This document shows positions 9,473 through 18,824 of a stretch of DNA of 64,000 nt, piece after piece. Origin of the DNA: Escherichia coli. GTDB taxonomy: Bacteria > Pseudomonadota > Gammaproteobacteria > Enterobacterales > Enterobacteriaceae. The stretch lies in NCBI RefSeq assembly GCF_048403405.1, contig NZ_CP183129.1; one strand, written 5' to 3'. A model generated the notes under the pieces. That model had not been told where the DNA came from and searched no databases. It saw only the letters and a list, made by a program, of their open reading frames with translations. Made by a program: the position numbers and the translations under genes. Within the stretch, counting starts at the first letter, position 1. Every line of letters starts with the position of its first letter.

Positions 9473-9661
9473 TCACTCCGGCTCAGTTGCACCACTGACC
9501 ACCACATCACCTTCTGCTGCAATCGCCTGCATCAGGGTATAAGGGGTTATGGCCACCGGACTACCAAACGGCTGCCAGCCCTCTTTCAGTTTATGTGTCA
9601 GCTTTTCCGCAAGATCTGACGGCGACGCCGCCCTGACAACATCATAGTGTTTAAATGCCAT
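9473..9661 (-). CDS. Small conserved phage protein (possibly DUF1737-like)
   Basis: ATG 9661 preceded by GGTGGAAAG; MAFKHYDVVRAASPSDLAEKL…; family assignment from memory only. Confidence 0.5.
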   Translation of the reverse strand: MAFKHYDVVRAASPSDLAEKLTHKLKEGWQPFGSPVAITPYTLMQAIAAEGDVVVSGATEPE

Positions 9662-9921
9662 GGTTCTTTCCACCATCTGAAAAATGATTCTTTAAAATAC
9701 CTGACATGTAATACAGAAAAAACACAAAACCATACCTTAAATAAAAACCTCATCATCAAGCAGATATGCATGGATAAACTACAAGACGAGATATAAACCA
9801 CCCTGCATTTAAATAAACAATAAACAACATCAGAAAAATAATTCTGCTCTATGGTTTACAATCAAAAATATCATTTATACTTTTCAGAACATCACCAGCA
9901 AGGCATAAACAAGGAAACTAA

Positions 9922-10257
9922 ATGAAGTGGATTGTGATTGATACAGTTATCCAGCCATCATGCGGAATATCTTTTTCAGTCATATGGAGTAAAATAAAAT
10001 TAATAATCTGGTATCAATCGGATGCTTTCTTACCTCCTGAAAGTATATTTACACTGACTCACACAGGTATCATGCTCAATAACAAAGTGCTACCTGTAAC
10101 CATTTACAACGTAGTACCATTCAATAAAACATTCTGGAATTTAATCAAAAACAGCCAGGAATGCCCTACAAATACAGATAACGTATTGAATGAATGCTTT
10201 AATAACCGTTGCACTCTGCAAATATGTCCTTATGGGCTAAAACAACAAAGTCCATAA
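9922..10257 (+). CDS. Hypothetical protein (111 aa), AT-rich moron on opposite strand to late operon
   Basis: ATG preceded by AAGGAAACTAA; strongly AT-rich relative to flanks; candidate promoter TTTACA-15nt-TATACT upstream; GC hairpin downstream (10295..10316). Confidence 0.5.
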   Translation: MKWIVIDTVIQPSCGISFSVIWSKIKLIIWYQSDAFLPPESIFTLTHTGIMLNNKVLPVTIYNVVPFNKTFWNLIKNSQECPTNTDNVLNECFNNRCTLQICPYGLKQQSP

Positions 10258-10614
10258 GGAGTTTACTCACATCTGACAAAATCAATATAAACAGCCCCTC
10301 CGGAGAGGGGCTGGAGAGTGGCGCTATGTGCCATTGCATGGTGCCGGGTGCCTCCCGGTGAATTCAGTACCAGCACCTGAATCCGCGATTATCCCATATA
10401 CCTACTCGCTGATTGCCCCTCCGCACAGGGGGATTCACCATGCCAGTTTCTTTTAACAAACTCCCCGCAAACCAGACAACAGTCAACCGCCTGAATTGTG
10501 AAGTATTTAAAAATTTCTCCCGCTAACTGATACCCGGCTAACAGTCTGGCGTTTTCTTTTTCAGCAACGGGAAAGCAACAACCACCACACCCACCAGCCG
10601 CCCATTTACCACAA

Positions 10615-10639
10615 ATAAAAAAGCCTTCAGGACTGAAGG
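10615..10639 (-). terminator. Rho-independent terminator after small HTH gene
   Basis: CCUUCAG/CUGAAGG stem followed by U-run on minus strand. Confidence 0.55.
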
Positions 10640-10824
10640 TGTCTGTAACAACCAAACTGATAGTCTGCCAGACCCGCCATAACAAGCTGGGTCAGTATTA
10701 ACTGGCAGCGTTCGCGTGAAAGGTAAGTATTCTGTGCAATCTCCCTGACTGTCGCCGGGTCGGTAACGCTTAATTCATTAAACACCACTCTGGCGGCTTC
10801 TGTCATATCCTGCTGTTTTAGCAT
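10627..10824 (-). CDS. Small putative winged-helix/HTH protein (65 aa)
   Basis: Internal ATG 10824 with GGAAAAGGGAAAAAG upstream; the ORF-track start at 10959 abuts a terminator U-run with no RBS; …TVREIAQNTYLSRERCQLILTQLVMAGL. Confidence 0.45.
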   Translation of the reverse strand: MLKQQDMTEAARVVFNELSVTDPATVREIAQNTYLSRERCQLILTQLVMAGLADYQFGCYRHLQS

Positions 10825-10947
10825 GTCTTTTTCCCTTTTCCGGTTAACGTGACATACCAATAACTCTTGTCGAAAAAGCCGGCAAGCTGAAAGACCCGTA
10901 TTCGCAACCACCAGCGCGTTTACTGTACTGACGCGATTTTCGGACAT

Positions 10948-10976
10948 AAAAAAAACCACCTGGCGGTGGTTTTTTC
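10948..10976. terminator. Bidirectional rho-independent terminator just downstream of Q (tR'-like candidate)
   Basis: AAAAAAAACCACC-TGGC-GGTGGTTTTTT: perfect stem flanked by A-run and T-run. Confidence 0.6.
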
Positions 10977-11036
10977 TTACTTTGCCATCACGTACAAAAT
11001 CGGCAAAATATCAGATTTATACGAAACATACGCGAT

Positions 11037-11726
11037 TTAATTGACTTTTGCAATATCTCGTCGTGAAAAGGTCGCTTTTTGTTGCGCTCTTATTTTCACG
11101 GAGCAAATCAAGGATTCTCTATCGAGGCGCTTAAAAATATCGCACATCTCACGCCAGTAGTTCGCATAATTATGGCTCCAGTTATCAGGCTTAACTCCAC
11201 ACAGTCTGGCAAGCTCCTGTCTCTGGTAGACCTCACACCCGGTAACCCATCCTCTGACATCCTGTGCCGCCAGCCAGATCAACTTCTTCACACGCTCCAG
11301 CGTTTTCACTGCAATTTTTCTGGAGCCGGACTGAGTTTTAAATTCACTCCACCCCCACTGCGTTATCGCGATCTGATGCTCCCAGCAAATGTTTCCGCCA
11401 TAACACCACAACAACCACGCCTTCTGATGTTCTTCCAGTTCCAGAACAGCACGCCGCCACGATGATGTTGCAAACTCAACAGGACTGACCAGCGCAATTG
11501 ATGAGCCTTTCGCCAGTGATTGTTTACCCTGGATCGGGGGATTATCCCGCGTGATCATTTTTCCGGTTACCTCATCGCGGTAACGAATTTTTTTGCGTCT
11601 GTAACGCCCTGTATCGAACAGGGCATTTTCCTGCCAGGCTTCCAGCTGGCATTTTGTCGACCCACTGAGATCTGCAGTGGCAATCATGAGTTGCTCACGA
11701 ACAAACTGTAAATACTGGTTATTCAT
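11037..11726 (-). CDS. Late-gene antiterminator Q (phage 82 / Qin quuQ type)
   Basis: ATG 11726 with GAGGTG upstream; MNNQYLQFVREQLMIATADLSG…; position between rusA and tR'-like terminator. Confidence 0.75.
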   Translation of the reverse strand: MNNQYLQFVREQLMIATADLSGSTKCQLEAWQENALFDTGRYRRKKIRYRDEVTGKMITRDNPPIQGKQSLAKGSSIALVSPVEFATSSWRRAVLELEEHQKAWLLWCYGGNICWEHQIAITQWGWSEFKTQSGSRKIAVKTLERVKKLIWLAAQDVRGWVTGCEVYQRQELARLCGVKPDNWSHNYANYWREMCDIFKRLDRESLICSVKIRAQQKATFSRRDIAKVN

Positions 11727-12087
11727 GCACACCCACCTCTGTAATTCTTATCTCCAGCCGTCCACCAGATACTGGCTGGCCACGTACAATATTGATTTCA
11801 TCAAACTGCTCATCGTCCATTAACAACCCCGCGTGCGTCAGCGCATCCAGTGGTGCTTTCAGAATATTGTCCAGGTCACGACGACGCTTATCCGGTGGCT
11901 CTGCAATAATTTTTATTGCCAGCCGTCCGGACAGGCTTAATTTCAGTCGCTGCTGGCGAACAATAAGCGCCACTGCCCGGCGATAACGCTCCCCGGCTTT
12001 TGATACAAAATATGTGCTGCCACGGCGTCGCCAGTAAGTGTTCACCGTCGGCGAGTAAGGCAAAACAAATTCTATGCGTTCGGTCAT
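11719..12087 (-). CDS. rusA: Holliday junction resolvase RusA
   Basis: 122 aa; …RRRDLDNILKAPLDALTHAGLLMDDEQ… with catalytic acidic residues as in RusA. Confidence 0.9.
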   Translation of the reverse strand: MTERIEFVLPYSPTVNTYWRRRGSTYFVSKAGERYRRAVALIVRQQRLKLSLSGRLAIKIIAEPPDKRRRDLDNILKAPLDALTHAGLLMDDEQFDEINIVRGQPVSGGRLEIRITEVGVHE

Positions 12088-13146
12088 TTATGCTTTCCAC
12101 TTCAGAACACCCGAATTTCTCGCGTGCATTAAAAAACGAATCAGCAACAACAACTGACTACCGTGTTTTTCTTCAAAATCTTTTACCCCGGCGTGTAGTT
12201 CGTTATGGCATTTACGACACAGCGGAATAACAAACAAATCGTCAGCCTTTGTTCCCATCCCTCCCAGTCCATGACCAATGATGTGATGCGGATCATCTGC
12301 CTGATTGCCACACGTCATGCATTTCTGCGTTTTTACCCAGCGCGTGTATACAGGCATCTCTTCCCGTTGTGGTTTCTGGCGCTGGAGATACTGAGCCGGA
12401 GATTCCGGATCAACGGCAATGCTGACCACCGTCTTTTCCTGTGGTGGGTTCTGTTGCTGGTGGGCGTGAGGCAGCGGCGCAAGATTTTTTGTGCGCTGTT
12501 TCAGTATGCTGGTGGCGGTCTGCTCTCCCGGTACGATGTCGCTTTCACGGTACATTGAGCGGATTTTTTCCGCACGCAACCCCAGCGAACGACGTAATAC
12601 CGCTTCCGGTAGCGCGTCCGCCACCTGATTGCGGACCGCCCACCAGGATAATTCAGCCAGCGATAATTCCCGTTCCTGCGAGCCATTCATTGCATGGCGT
12701 ATGACGTCAATCATCCATGCAGACAGGTTTTGGTGAGCAAGTTGCCCGAGTGATTCGGAGGTCTGGTCGCGCAGCTGGTTGTCGCAGTGCCAGCACAACA
12801 CCATTGCGCCGGTACCATAACGGTGAATGACGGTTTCACTGTGGTGATAATCGCCGTGTGGCCACTGGCAGGATTTAACATGGCGCAGTAACCAGTCAGA
12901 CAATGCGCCAGCGCCACCAGCAGCACGAATCACTCGTTCGTCGCTGAAAAATGGCAGTAATGATTTATCCTCCGCCAGCGGCTGGCGAACGGCAGGAACG
13001 ACCCCGGACGACAGATTACGCATGCTTTTCGGTTCCGGCTCCACCAGTACCCGGGTATTGTGGAATACCGGCATGGATTCACGGCCCGGTTTTAGCACCA
13101 CCAGCCCAAGTTCCGGTACCAGAACAGGTCGAAGTAATACCCGCAC
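12088..13146 (-). CDS. DUF968-type phage protein (YdfU-like) with C-terminal HNH-like zinc motif
   Basis: 352-aa ORF; CMTCGNQADDPHHIIGHG…CRKCHNELH; sits next to rusA/Q as ydfU does in Qin; start (GTG 13146 vs ATG 13074) uncertain. Confidence 0.7.
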   Translation of the reverse strand: MRVLLRPVLVPELGLVVLKPGRESMPVFHNTRVLVEPEPKSMRNLSSGVVPAVRQPLAEDKSLLPFFSDERVIRAAGGAGALSDWLLRHVKSCQWPHGDYHHSETVIHRYGTGAMVLCWHCDNQLRDQTSESLGQLAHQNLSAWMIDVIRHAMNGSQERELSLAELSWWAVRNQVADALPEAVLRRSLGLRAEKIRSMYRESDIVPGEQTATSILKQRTKNLAPLPHAHQQQNPPQEKTVVSIAVDPESPAQYLQRQKPQREEMPVYTRWVKTQKCMTCGNQADDPHHIIGHGLGGMGTKADDLFVIPLCRKCHNELHAGVKDFEEKHGSQLLLLIRFLMHARNSGVLKWKA

Positions 13147-13147
13147 G

Positions 13148-13426
13148 TTACCTCCAGATGCGTTGCTGGAATGTGCGGGACGGACGCGGTGGCCGTTCGG
13201 AGTAAGGGAGCCTGACGGAGATTATCCAGTGACGATAATCGAGGCTGAGGGCTTTCTTAATCTCGTATCCGTGTCTGCGGTAGCACTGAATTAGCCACTC
13301 GGCCTGTTCTTCAGTGCATGGGGGATGCTGGTACCAGTCTGACTTAAATGCATGAGAATACCGCTCGTGCGTGTGGGCAAGAACGGTCGAATTATCATGA
13401 TTGTAATATTTTGCGTTGCGTGCCAT
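13148..13426 (-). CDS. Hypothetical small phage protein (92 aa)
   Basis: ORF in operon orientation, stop abuts next gene start. Confidence 0.5.
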   Translation of the reverse strand: MARNAKYYNHDNSTVLAHTHERYSHAFKSDWYQHPPCTEEQAEWLIQCYRRHGYEIKKALSLDYRHWIISVRLPYSERPPRPSRTFQQRIWR

Positions 13427-13492
13427 CGGTTTTCTCCGGTGGCACGGTGTTACTCAGCGGGAGTTCAGCCCCGCGCAAGATTGTAGATGAGT

Positions 13493-13744
13493 TTATTCTT
13501 CTGAAAAAGCAGAAAAGCCAGCTTTTATTCCGATCTCTTTCAATGCCTGTAATGAAGTGACAAACTCACCGTCGTGCAAGATAAATCCGTCCGTCACTCG
13601 GGCATCCACAAAATTAATTAACGCAGCCCCATTTTTTTGCAAACACACAATGCGGTAATGGCTAACAATATTTCCATTTTCAACGCACACAGCATAGAGG
13701 CCATCTTCACAAAAAATTTTACGCAGTTCTTCGATGTTCATCAT
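13493..13744 (-). CDS. Hypothetical small phage protein (83 aa; same position and size as Qin rem)
   Basis: ORF immediately downstream of hok as rem is in Qin; identity not verified. Confidence 0.5.
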   Translation of the reverse strand: MMNIEELRKIFCEDGLYAVCVENGNIVSHYRIVCLQKNGAALINFVDARVTDGFILHDGEFVTSLQALKEIGIKAGFSAFSEE

Positions 13745-13860
13745 CAGAATCCTTCCGGATAATTAGCTCTCCCCTTTAAGGGACCATCCCTCTTATCCCT
13801 GCGCGCTACTTAAGTATTTTTGATTCTATTCCGGCACCGTCCAGAACTTCAAATGCGTTG

Positions 13861-13892
13861 AAAATAAAAACAAAAACCCGCCGAAGCGGGTT
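13861..13892 (-). terminator. Rho-independent terminator at 3' end of hok mRNA
   Basis: AACCCGC-CGAA-GCGGGTT stem followed by long U-rich run on minus strand. Confidence 0.6.
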
Positions 13893-13960
13893 AAGTGCGG
13901 GTGCGTTGAGGATGCCTGCCACATCAGAGGTGGCGAGGGATTTCTCCCTCGCCTGGTCTC

Positions 13961-14116
13961 TTACTCCTCAGGTTCGTAAGCTGTGAAGACAGCGACCTCC
14001 GTCTGGCCGGTTCGGATTCGTACCTCGCAGAGGTCTTTCCTCGTTACCAGTGCCGTCACTATGACGGTTAAACAGATGACGATCAGGGCGATTAACATCG
14101 CCTTTTGCTGCTTCAT
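13961..14116 (-). CDS. Hok-family type I toxin (51 aa)
   Basis: Below ORF-track length cut-off; my translation MKQQKAMLIALIVICLTVIVTALVTRKDLCEVRIRTGQTEVAVFTAYEPEE is the canonical Hok/HokD sequence. Confidence 0.85.
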   Translation of the reverse strand: MKQQKAMLIALIVICLTVIVTALVTRKDLCEVRIRTGQTEVAVFTAYEPEE

Positions 14117-14129
14117 AGCCTGCTTCTCC

Positions 14130-14235
14130 TTGACCTTTCGGTCCGTAAGAGGCTAATCTCTATGTGTCGCATAGATATGGCCTCAGATTAATGTTAAGCG
14201 TCTTGCAGGACGCGTAATGTTAACTGGGGCTTTTC
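14130..14235 (+). ncRNA. Putative Sok-like antisense RNA with its promoter, antisense to hok leader
   Basis: TTGACC-17/18nt-TAATCT promoter on plus strand overlapping hok translation start; short hairpin GCGUC…GACGC downstream; inferred from hok/sok architecture. Confidence 0.3.
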
Positions 14236-14374
14236 TCTATCTGCCTTTTGGTGTTCATGCCTGAGACAGATAGCCTCAAGCACCCGCAGTTATTCTACTT
14301 AACTAAGATTTCCCCGCAAACCGTTTTTGTCCGGCACAGTAAATATCCAACTAAACCAATGGCGTTCGCTGTAT

Positions 14375-14554
14375 TTACCGCCAGTATTCAATGCACATGA
14401 CCGCCATGAACACCCCTAAAAAAAGGGCATTTATATGTCCAAACATTAATATCAAAACATCAATTTTTTCCATATACCTTGCTGTGAAGATGATGGGCAT
14501 ACATGATGCGAACAACCAGAACGCAACAAACAAAAACTGCAATGCGTTTTTCAT
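14375..14554 (-). CDS. Hypothetical small two-helix membrane protein (59 aa)
   Basis: ATG 14554 after GGGGGAA; MKNALQFLFVAFWLFASCMPIIF…LFLGVFMAVMCIEYWR; AT-rich island between hok and nin genes. Confidence 0.45.
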   Translation of the reverse strand: MKNALQFLFVAFWLFASCMPIIFTARYMEKIDVLILMFGHINALFLGVFMAVMCIEYWR

Positions 14555-14674
14555 TATTCCCCCTACAATCAATGTGCAATAACATTTAAACACACCTCAA
14601 TTTGGCCGGACATATAAATATCTAAACCAGAAAAAATCACTTACATAGCGTTACAAACTCTTTAGTCTAAATAT

Positions 14675-15661
14675 TCATCGTAAAACATCCTCCACGCTTA
14701 TCAGTCCATTTCGTTTCAGGTAATCCATCGCCTTCTCCGGTAATTTGCAGTCCGGCTGAGCTTTTTTCAGTTGACTGACCAGTCGTTTAACCCACATTGT
14801 TAATTCGCTAACCTGGTTACCTAGCGCTGGCGACGCTACTGTCTGTTCCAGAACGTCATCAGGTACTACCGGCTCTACTGCCAACTGACTGGCATATTTG
14901 TTAATGGTAACGATAAGCTCTTGCTCGGCCTCATCCAGACAATCACCGATACCTCGCCTGTCACCGTCAAAATCATCGAAATCGGCGCGAATCCTGGCAA
15001 CCTCCCGGATTGCGGACAACACCTCACCAGGAATTACCGGAGAGTTGCCCGATAGTGCATTCTGCTCCAGTGATGCCTTTACAAACCACGCGGCCTGAAC
15101 TATTACGCCATGAATCCAGCGCAAATCAGCATCGCGATCTTTCTTTTTCATCTTTTCGCCACTTAAAGCCTGGCTTATGTGGCTACGTACAAGGTCTTCA
15201 TGTAACACCTTCGCATCCTCAATGGTGAAACCACCAGGCAGGCGAGCCGGGGTTACATGAGGGTTGCCTTCCCCCTGACTCTGAAGCATGGCGGCGCGGT
15301 AGGCATTCCAGCCTCTCACCTCTGCAATAGCGGCAACATCATCGACCGCGTACATTTTAAGAGGGTTAGGCATTGGTTTTTCTTCAGATACTACTGGCAC
15401 TGGAGGGGCGGCATAAACAGGAATAACGTCCGCTTGCTCTTTATTGCTTTCATCCGTTAAAGCCCAGAATAATTTCCCGGCCGGATGTTTGAAAATATAA
15501 GCAACTGGTTCTGCGCTATCAGCTTCGCGCCGCTTCTGTAGCTCTGCTGCCATTGCGCTCACGACTTCAACTGGTGCCCTTGCAGCAAACTCTATGTTGG
15601 TGATAAGCTCATTAAGATATTGCTCGCTGGGATACTGTTTCTTATTGGTAATAGTGGTCAT
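14675..15661 (-). CDS. Hypothetical phage protein (328 aa) sharing N-terminal module with 16025..16432
   Basis: Long ORF; contains PVYAAPPVPVVSEEK also present in upstream paralogue. Confidence 0.7.
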   Translation of the reverse strand: MTTITNKKQYPSEQYLNELITNIEFAARAPVEVVSAMAAELQKRREADSAEPVAYIFKHPAGKLFWALTDESNKEQADVIPVYAAPPVPVVSEEKPMPNPLKMYAVDDVAAIAEVRGWNAYRAAMLQSQGEGNPHVTPARLPGGFTIEDAKVLHEDLVRSHISQALSGEKMKKKDRDADLRWIHGVIVQAAWFVKASLEQNALSGNSPVIPGEVLSAIREVARIRADFDDFDGDRRGIGDCLDEAEQELIVTINKYASQLAVEPVVPDDVLEQTVASPALGNQVSELTMWVKRLVSQLKKAQPDCKLPEKAMDYLKRNGLISVEDVLR

Positions 15662-16023
15662 GCTGTAGCCCCTTCTTGATATTTTTCAAACCAGAACACA
15701 ACCGGGTCAGATTTCATTTCAACCAATCCCATACGAACCAGCGCTTTGCCTTTCCCGGACGCAAGGAATTCACGACGACCATCACTGATAATTCGCCGAT
15801 AGTCTTCCAGGCTACTGCAATGCTTGTGCAGATTGCATGGGTGGCATGCCGGAACCATGTTGGATATATCGTCACGTTCCTGGTGAAGCATATTTCCATT
15901 AAAACGAATGACCGGTTTTACATGGTCTGCATGCCACTTTTCGCCAAGTTCACAGCCGCAATAAGCACAGCGACCGCCAAACTTCATGCGCAATTCTGCA
16001 CGTTGTTTTTTCGTCAGTGCCAT
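15658..16023 (-). CDS. HNH endonuclease
   Basis: CAYCGCEL…HADHVKPV…N…CHPCNLHK HNH motif; 121 aa. Confidence 0.8.
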   Translation of the reverse strand: MALTKKQRAELRMKFGGRCAYCGCELGEKWHADHVKPVIRFNGNMLHQERDDISNMVPACHPCNLHKHCSSLEDYRRIISDGRREFLASGKGKALVRMGLVEMKSDPVVFWFEKYQEGATA

Positions 16024-16024
16024 A

Positions 16025-16432
16025 TCAGTCTCCTTTGATGCCAGTGTTTACAACCTGGCAGGCCTCTTTGAGCACCCAGTCAACAGCGTCTTTCCATGCT
16101 CCGGTTTCGACTGGCGGATTTTCACGCTTAACCTTTTCATAGAAGCGCACGGCTTTAACCAGTCCTTCAGACACAACCGGCACAGGTGGAGCTGCGAATA
16201 GTGGTTTAGGTGATATCTCCGCACGTTTTGCGTATGCTTCAACTGTGTCAGGATTAAACAGGATTATGTTTTCGCCGCATTTCCACGCTATCGGTTCCGC
16301 TTCTAGCGATGCCAGTGCAATTTTGAATAACTCACCCTCTACCCGTGCCATCCCTGAATTCGTGTGGCATTTCGCAATCGCTATTTTTAATTTGGCTTCT
16401 TCGATTAATTGCTCTTTTGTTAATTCAGTCAT
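16025..16432 (-). CDS. Hypothetical phage protein (135 aa), paralogous N-terminal module
   Basis: Contains PLFAAPPVPVVSEG; stop abuts HNH gene. Confidence 0.65.
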   Translation of the reverse strand: MTELTKEQLIEEAKLKIAIAKCHTNSGMARVEGELFKIALASLEAEPIAWKCGENIILFNPDTVEAYAKRAEISPKPLFAAPPVPVVSEGLVKAVRFYEKVKRENPPVETGAWKDAVDWVLKEACQVVNTGIKGD

Positions 16433-16527
16433 TTTTCATTACCGCCCTTTCGGGCGGCCTCCTGATGTTCTGAGGGTGCAGAAATCCCTCCGGTTAAGGA
16501 TAAAATTTTTAACAGTGCTAAATTTAA

Positions 16528-16884
16528 TTATTCAGTTCTGGATTTTGTCGCCCTGCATATCCGCGCTTTCGCGTTACGCTCAATCTGAATTAACTTTTCT
16601 ATATTTTTCCGCCTTTCCTGTTCCTCCTGGCGCAATAGCCTTACATCATCTGCCAGTCTGGTTTCTCTTTTCGCCACAGAGAGCATCCAGTCAAACGGCT
16701 CCACAACTGCACCGCAGATTTTACAGCGGACCTGACGCTCTTTTTCGTCAACCCGAACAGAGGCGTGATGACAATATGGTCTTTCCGATGACTCATAAAG
16801 AAAATTAACCTGATTACGAGGGTCATCCTCTTTTACCGGAAATAAAACGATATTGCTTAACTCATCCTCTGGTTTTATTTCCAT
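16528..16884 (-). CDS. Hypothetical protein with putative zinc ribbon (118 aa)
   Basis: CHH…CKIC motif followed by charged coiled-coil-like tail. Confidence 0.55.
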   Translation of the reverse strand: MEIKPEDELSNIVLFPVKEDDPRNQVNFLYESSERPYCHHASVRVDEKERQVRCKICGAVVEPFDWMLSVAKRETRLADDVRLLRQEEQERRKNIEKLIQIERNAKARICRATKSRTE

Positions 16885-17323
16885 GCTCCTCTCCTTTGAT
16901 GCGAATGCCAGCGACGCGTAATGCGTGTTCTAGGTCAATCAGGTAAAGCCAACTGCCATTTTCTTTAGGTATCATGACATGTCGCTCATCTGCATTTATC
17001 GGGTGTCCATATCGAAGGTCGTAGCGAGTCGGTAATTGAACTTCCCGCGCTTCCAGTTCAGCAATACGCTTACTCCCATCAGAGATAACGCCTTCGTAAT
17101 ACTCACGCTGCTCGTTGAGTTGTGATTTTGCTTCTTCCAGTCCATCCAGCAAATCAGCGATAATATCCGCTTCCCGATGACGGATGTGACGCTTAAACGC
17201 AGCAAGAGCCGCATCACAATCCCGTTCAGCATTTGGGCTGTCCGGGATAGCCTGATACCACGCCAGCGTCGACTGATAGTTTTGTGCTGCCTCACGAAGC
17301 GCCTCATAGTTAACCTCTCTCAT
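16862..17323 (-). CDS. Hypothetical phage protein (153 aa)
   Basis: ORF overlapping neighbours by a few nt in operon orientation. Confidence 0.55.
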   Translation of the reverse strand: MREVNYEALREAAQNYQSTLAWYQAIPDSPNAERDCDAALAAFKRHIRHREADIIADLLDGLEEAKSQLNEQREYYEGVISDGSKRIAELEAREVQLPTRYDLRYGHPINADERHVMIPKENGSWLYLIDLEHALRVAGIRIKGEEHGNKTRG

Positions 17324-17616
17324 TGAGCCACCTCCTGATAAATCACCGCATGCCCCAGTTTCTCCGCCAGTGCCAGCTCTGCCTTAGCGCCCGCTGACCG
17401 CTGCCAGCCATTCAGCATGTAAATCGCATCCACACAACGAATCATTGCCATGCAAATATCCATGTAGTGCGGCTGTGTCAGCCCGTCCGGAAGTACTGCC
17501 GGGTTTAAGACGGTATGCCCTTCCCGTTTCAGTTCCTCTTCCGCCTTGTGAAACGCCTCACGGTTGAAATTTTCATATCCCGTCATTGGACCGGCAATAT
17601 AAACTCTCACCCTCAC
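17320..17616 (-). CDS. Nucleoside 2-deoxyribosyltransferase-like protein (DUF4406-like)
   Basis: VRVYIAGPMTGYENFN… motif typical of the family; GTG start at 17616 overlapping upstream stop (GTGA); ORF track gives longer 17320..17685. Confidence 0.6.
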   Translation of the reverse strand: MRVRVYIAGPMTGYENFNREAFHKAEEELKREGHTVLNPAVLPDGLTQPHYMDICMAMIRCVDAIYMLNGWQRSAGAKAELALAEKLGHAVIYQEVAQ

Positions 17617-18020
17617 TCCATCACCTCCTGAAAGTTTCCCCGATAGAACGCCAGCACACGCTGCATGACTTCGCTCTGGCGGCACTCACGACAAATTATG
17701 TTCTGCCGTCTGTTGTAACGACGTATTTCTCCGTCAGGTAACTTTCGAATCAGTGTCGGGTCAGCAGCCTTCTCCGGTGTCTTACGCCATACGCGATACG
17801 CCTGCTCTGATGGAAATACCCCGCAACCAGAGAGCCAGACATCACCACTGGCCGCAAGCGCACCAGATAAACGACGAATAGCGGTCTTACTGACACCCGT
17901 TTTATCTGCCAGTTGTCGAAAAGTTTCTCGTCCGCTCAGGCGCACGAATTCCACAATGCGCGCCTTCACTTCTTCCCGCTCTTCTGGTGTAAATACTTTT
18001 GCCATAAGCGCCTCCGGCAA
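17613..18020 (-). CDS. Hypothetical HTH-containing phage protein
   Basis: 135 aa; …QLADKTGVSKTAIRRLSG… HTH-like segment. Confidence 0.55.
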   Translation of the reverse strand: MPEALMAKVFTPEEREEVKARIVEFVRLSGRETFRQLADKTGVSKTAIRRLSGALAASGDVWLSGCGVFPSEQAYRVWRKTPEKAADPTLIRKLPDGEIRRYNRRQNIICRECRQSEVMQRVLAFYRGNFQEVME

Positions 18021-18809
18021 TCACTTTTCCGATACAACACGGCGGGAAGAATCACTAATCTGTCGAACAATATCCCGGTGCTTGTTCAGCTCCCGCAGCG
18101 CGGCGCAGACTCGCTCCCACTTCTGAACATCACTTTTCGCCCTGCGCAGCGCCAGGTTTGCCCTGCGAAGGGACGGAAAAATCAGCTCATCTGCTTGCGT
18201 TTCGGTAAACGATGGCAACGGCTGCACAATGTCCGCCACAGTTTCTGTTTTAATTTCTTCCTGTGTTGCGGCTTCCCGGACTGGTAACGCAGCACCTGCT
18301 GGCTGAGGAAAGGCCTTACCATCACTTTCCGTTACCAGCGCGGCTTTCGGCTCTGCTGGTAAATTATCGCCCGGCATGCAGTAACGAAATTTACCGTTCT
18401 GATTAACGCGTGCCAGCCGCCCCGTTGCGGTTACCACCGCCAGCGTGGAGGCAACCTTGCGAGTACTGACGCCGAACTTACCCGCCAGTTCCTCACACGT
18501 TTTAGCACCATCCTGACCGATAAACTCAATCATCATGTCTGCGGTAACTTTTTGTTCGACCTCCCCGGTCAGCATATCCTGTGCTTCAGATTTTACTGGC
18601 CGCTCTTCGGTTACCCGGGATTCACCTTCGCCAGCCAGAAACCAGGTGTGACCAGTTTTATCAACGACGCCATTTCTTTTGAGTTCCCACAGCTCGTTGA
18701 GAACCTCTTCACGACTGATATCAAGTCGCGCGGCCAGTTCTACCGATGTGGCTTTTCCCATTGCTTTCAGTGCGTCAAATACGGTTTCCATTAAAATTTC
18801 CTCCGACAA
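18021..18809 (-). CDS. Hypothetical protein with two winged-helix-like segments (262 aa)
   Basis: [30 protein letters not shown] and [33 protein letters not shown]. Confidence 0.6.
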   Translation of the reverse strand: MSEEILMETVFDALKAMGKATSVELAARLDISREEVLNELWELKRNGVVDKTGHTWFLAGEGESRVTEERPVKSEAQDMLTGEVEQKVTADMMIEFIGQDGAKTCEELAGKFGVSTRKVASTLAVVTATGRLARVNQNGKFRYCMPGDNLPAEPKAALVTESDGKAFPQPAGAALPVREAATQEEIKTETVADIVQPLPSFTETQADELIFPSLRRANLALRRAKSDVQKWERVCAALRELNKHRDIVRQISDSSRRVVSEK

Positions 18810-18824
18810 AATCGTTTCTCAGAT

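Noticed and set aside
10389-10685. 98-aa minus-strand ORF downstream of the small HTH gene
   Set aside because: Overlaps the terminator hairpin and the preceding gene end, has no convincing RBS, Cys/Gly-rich low-complexity translation
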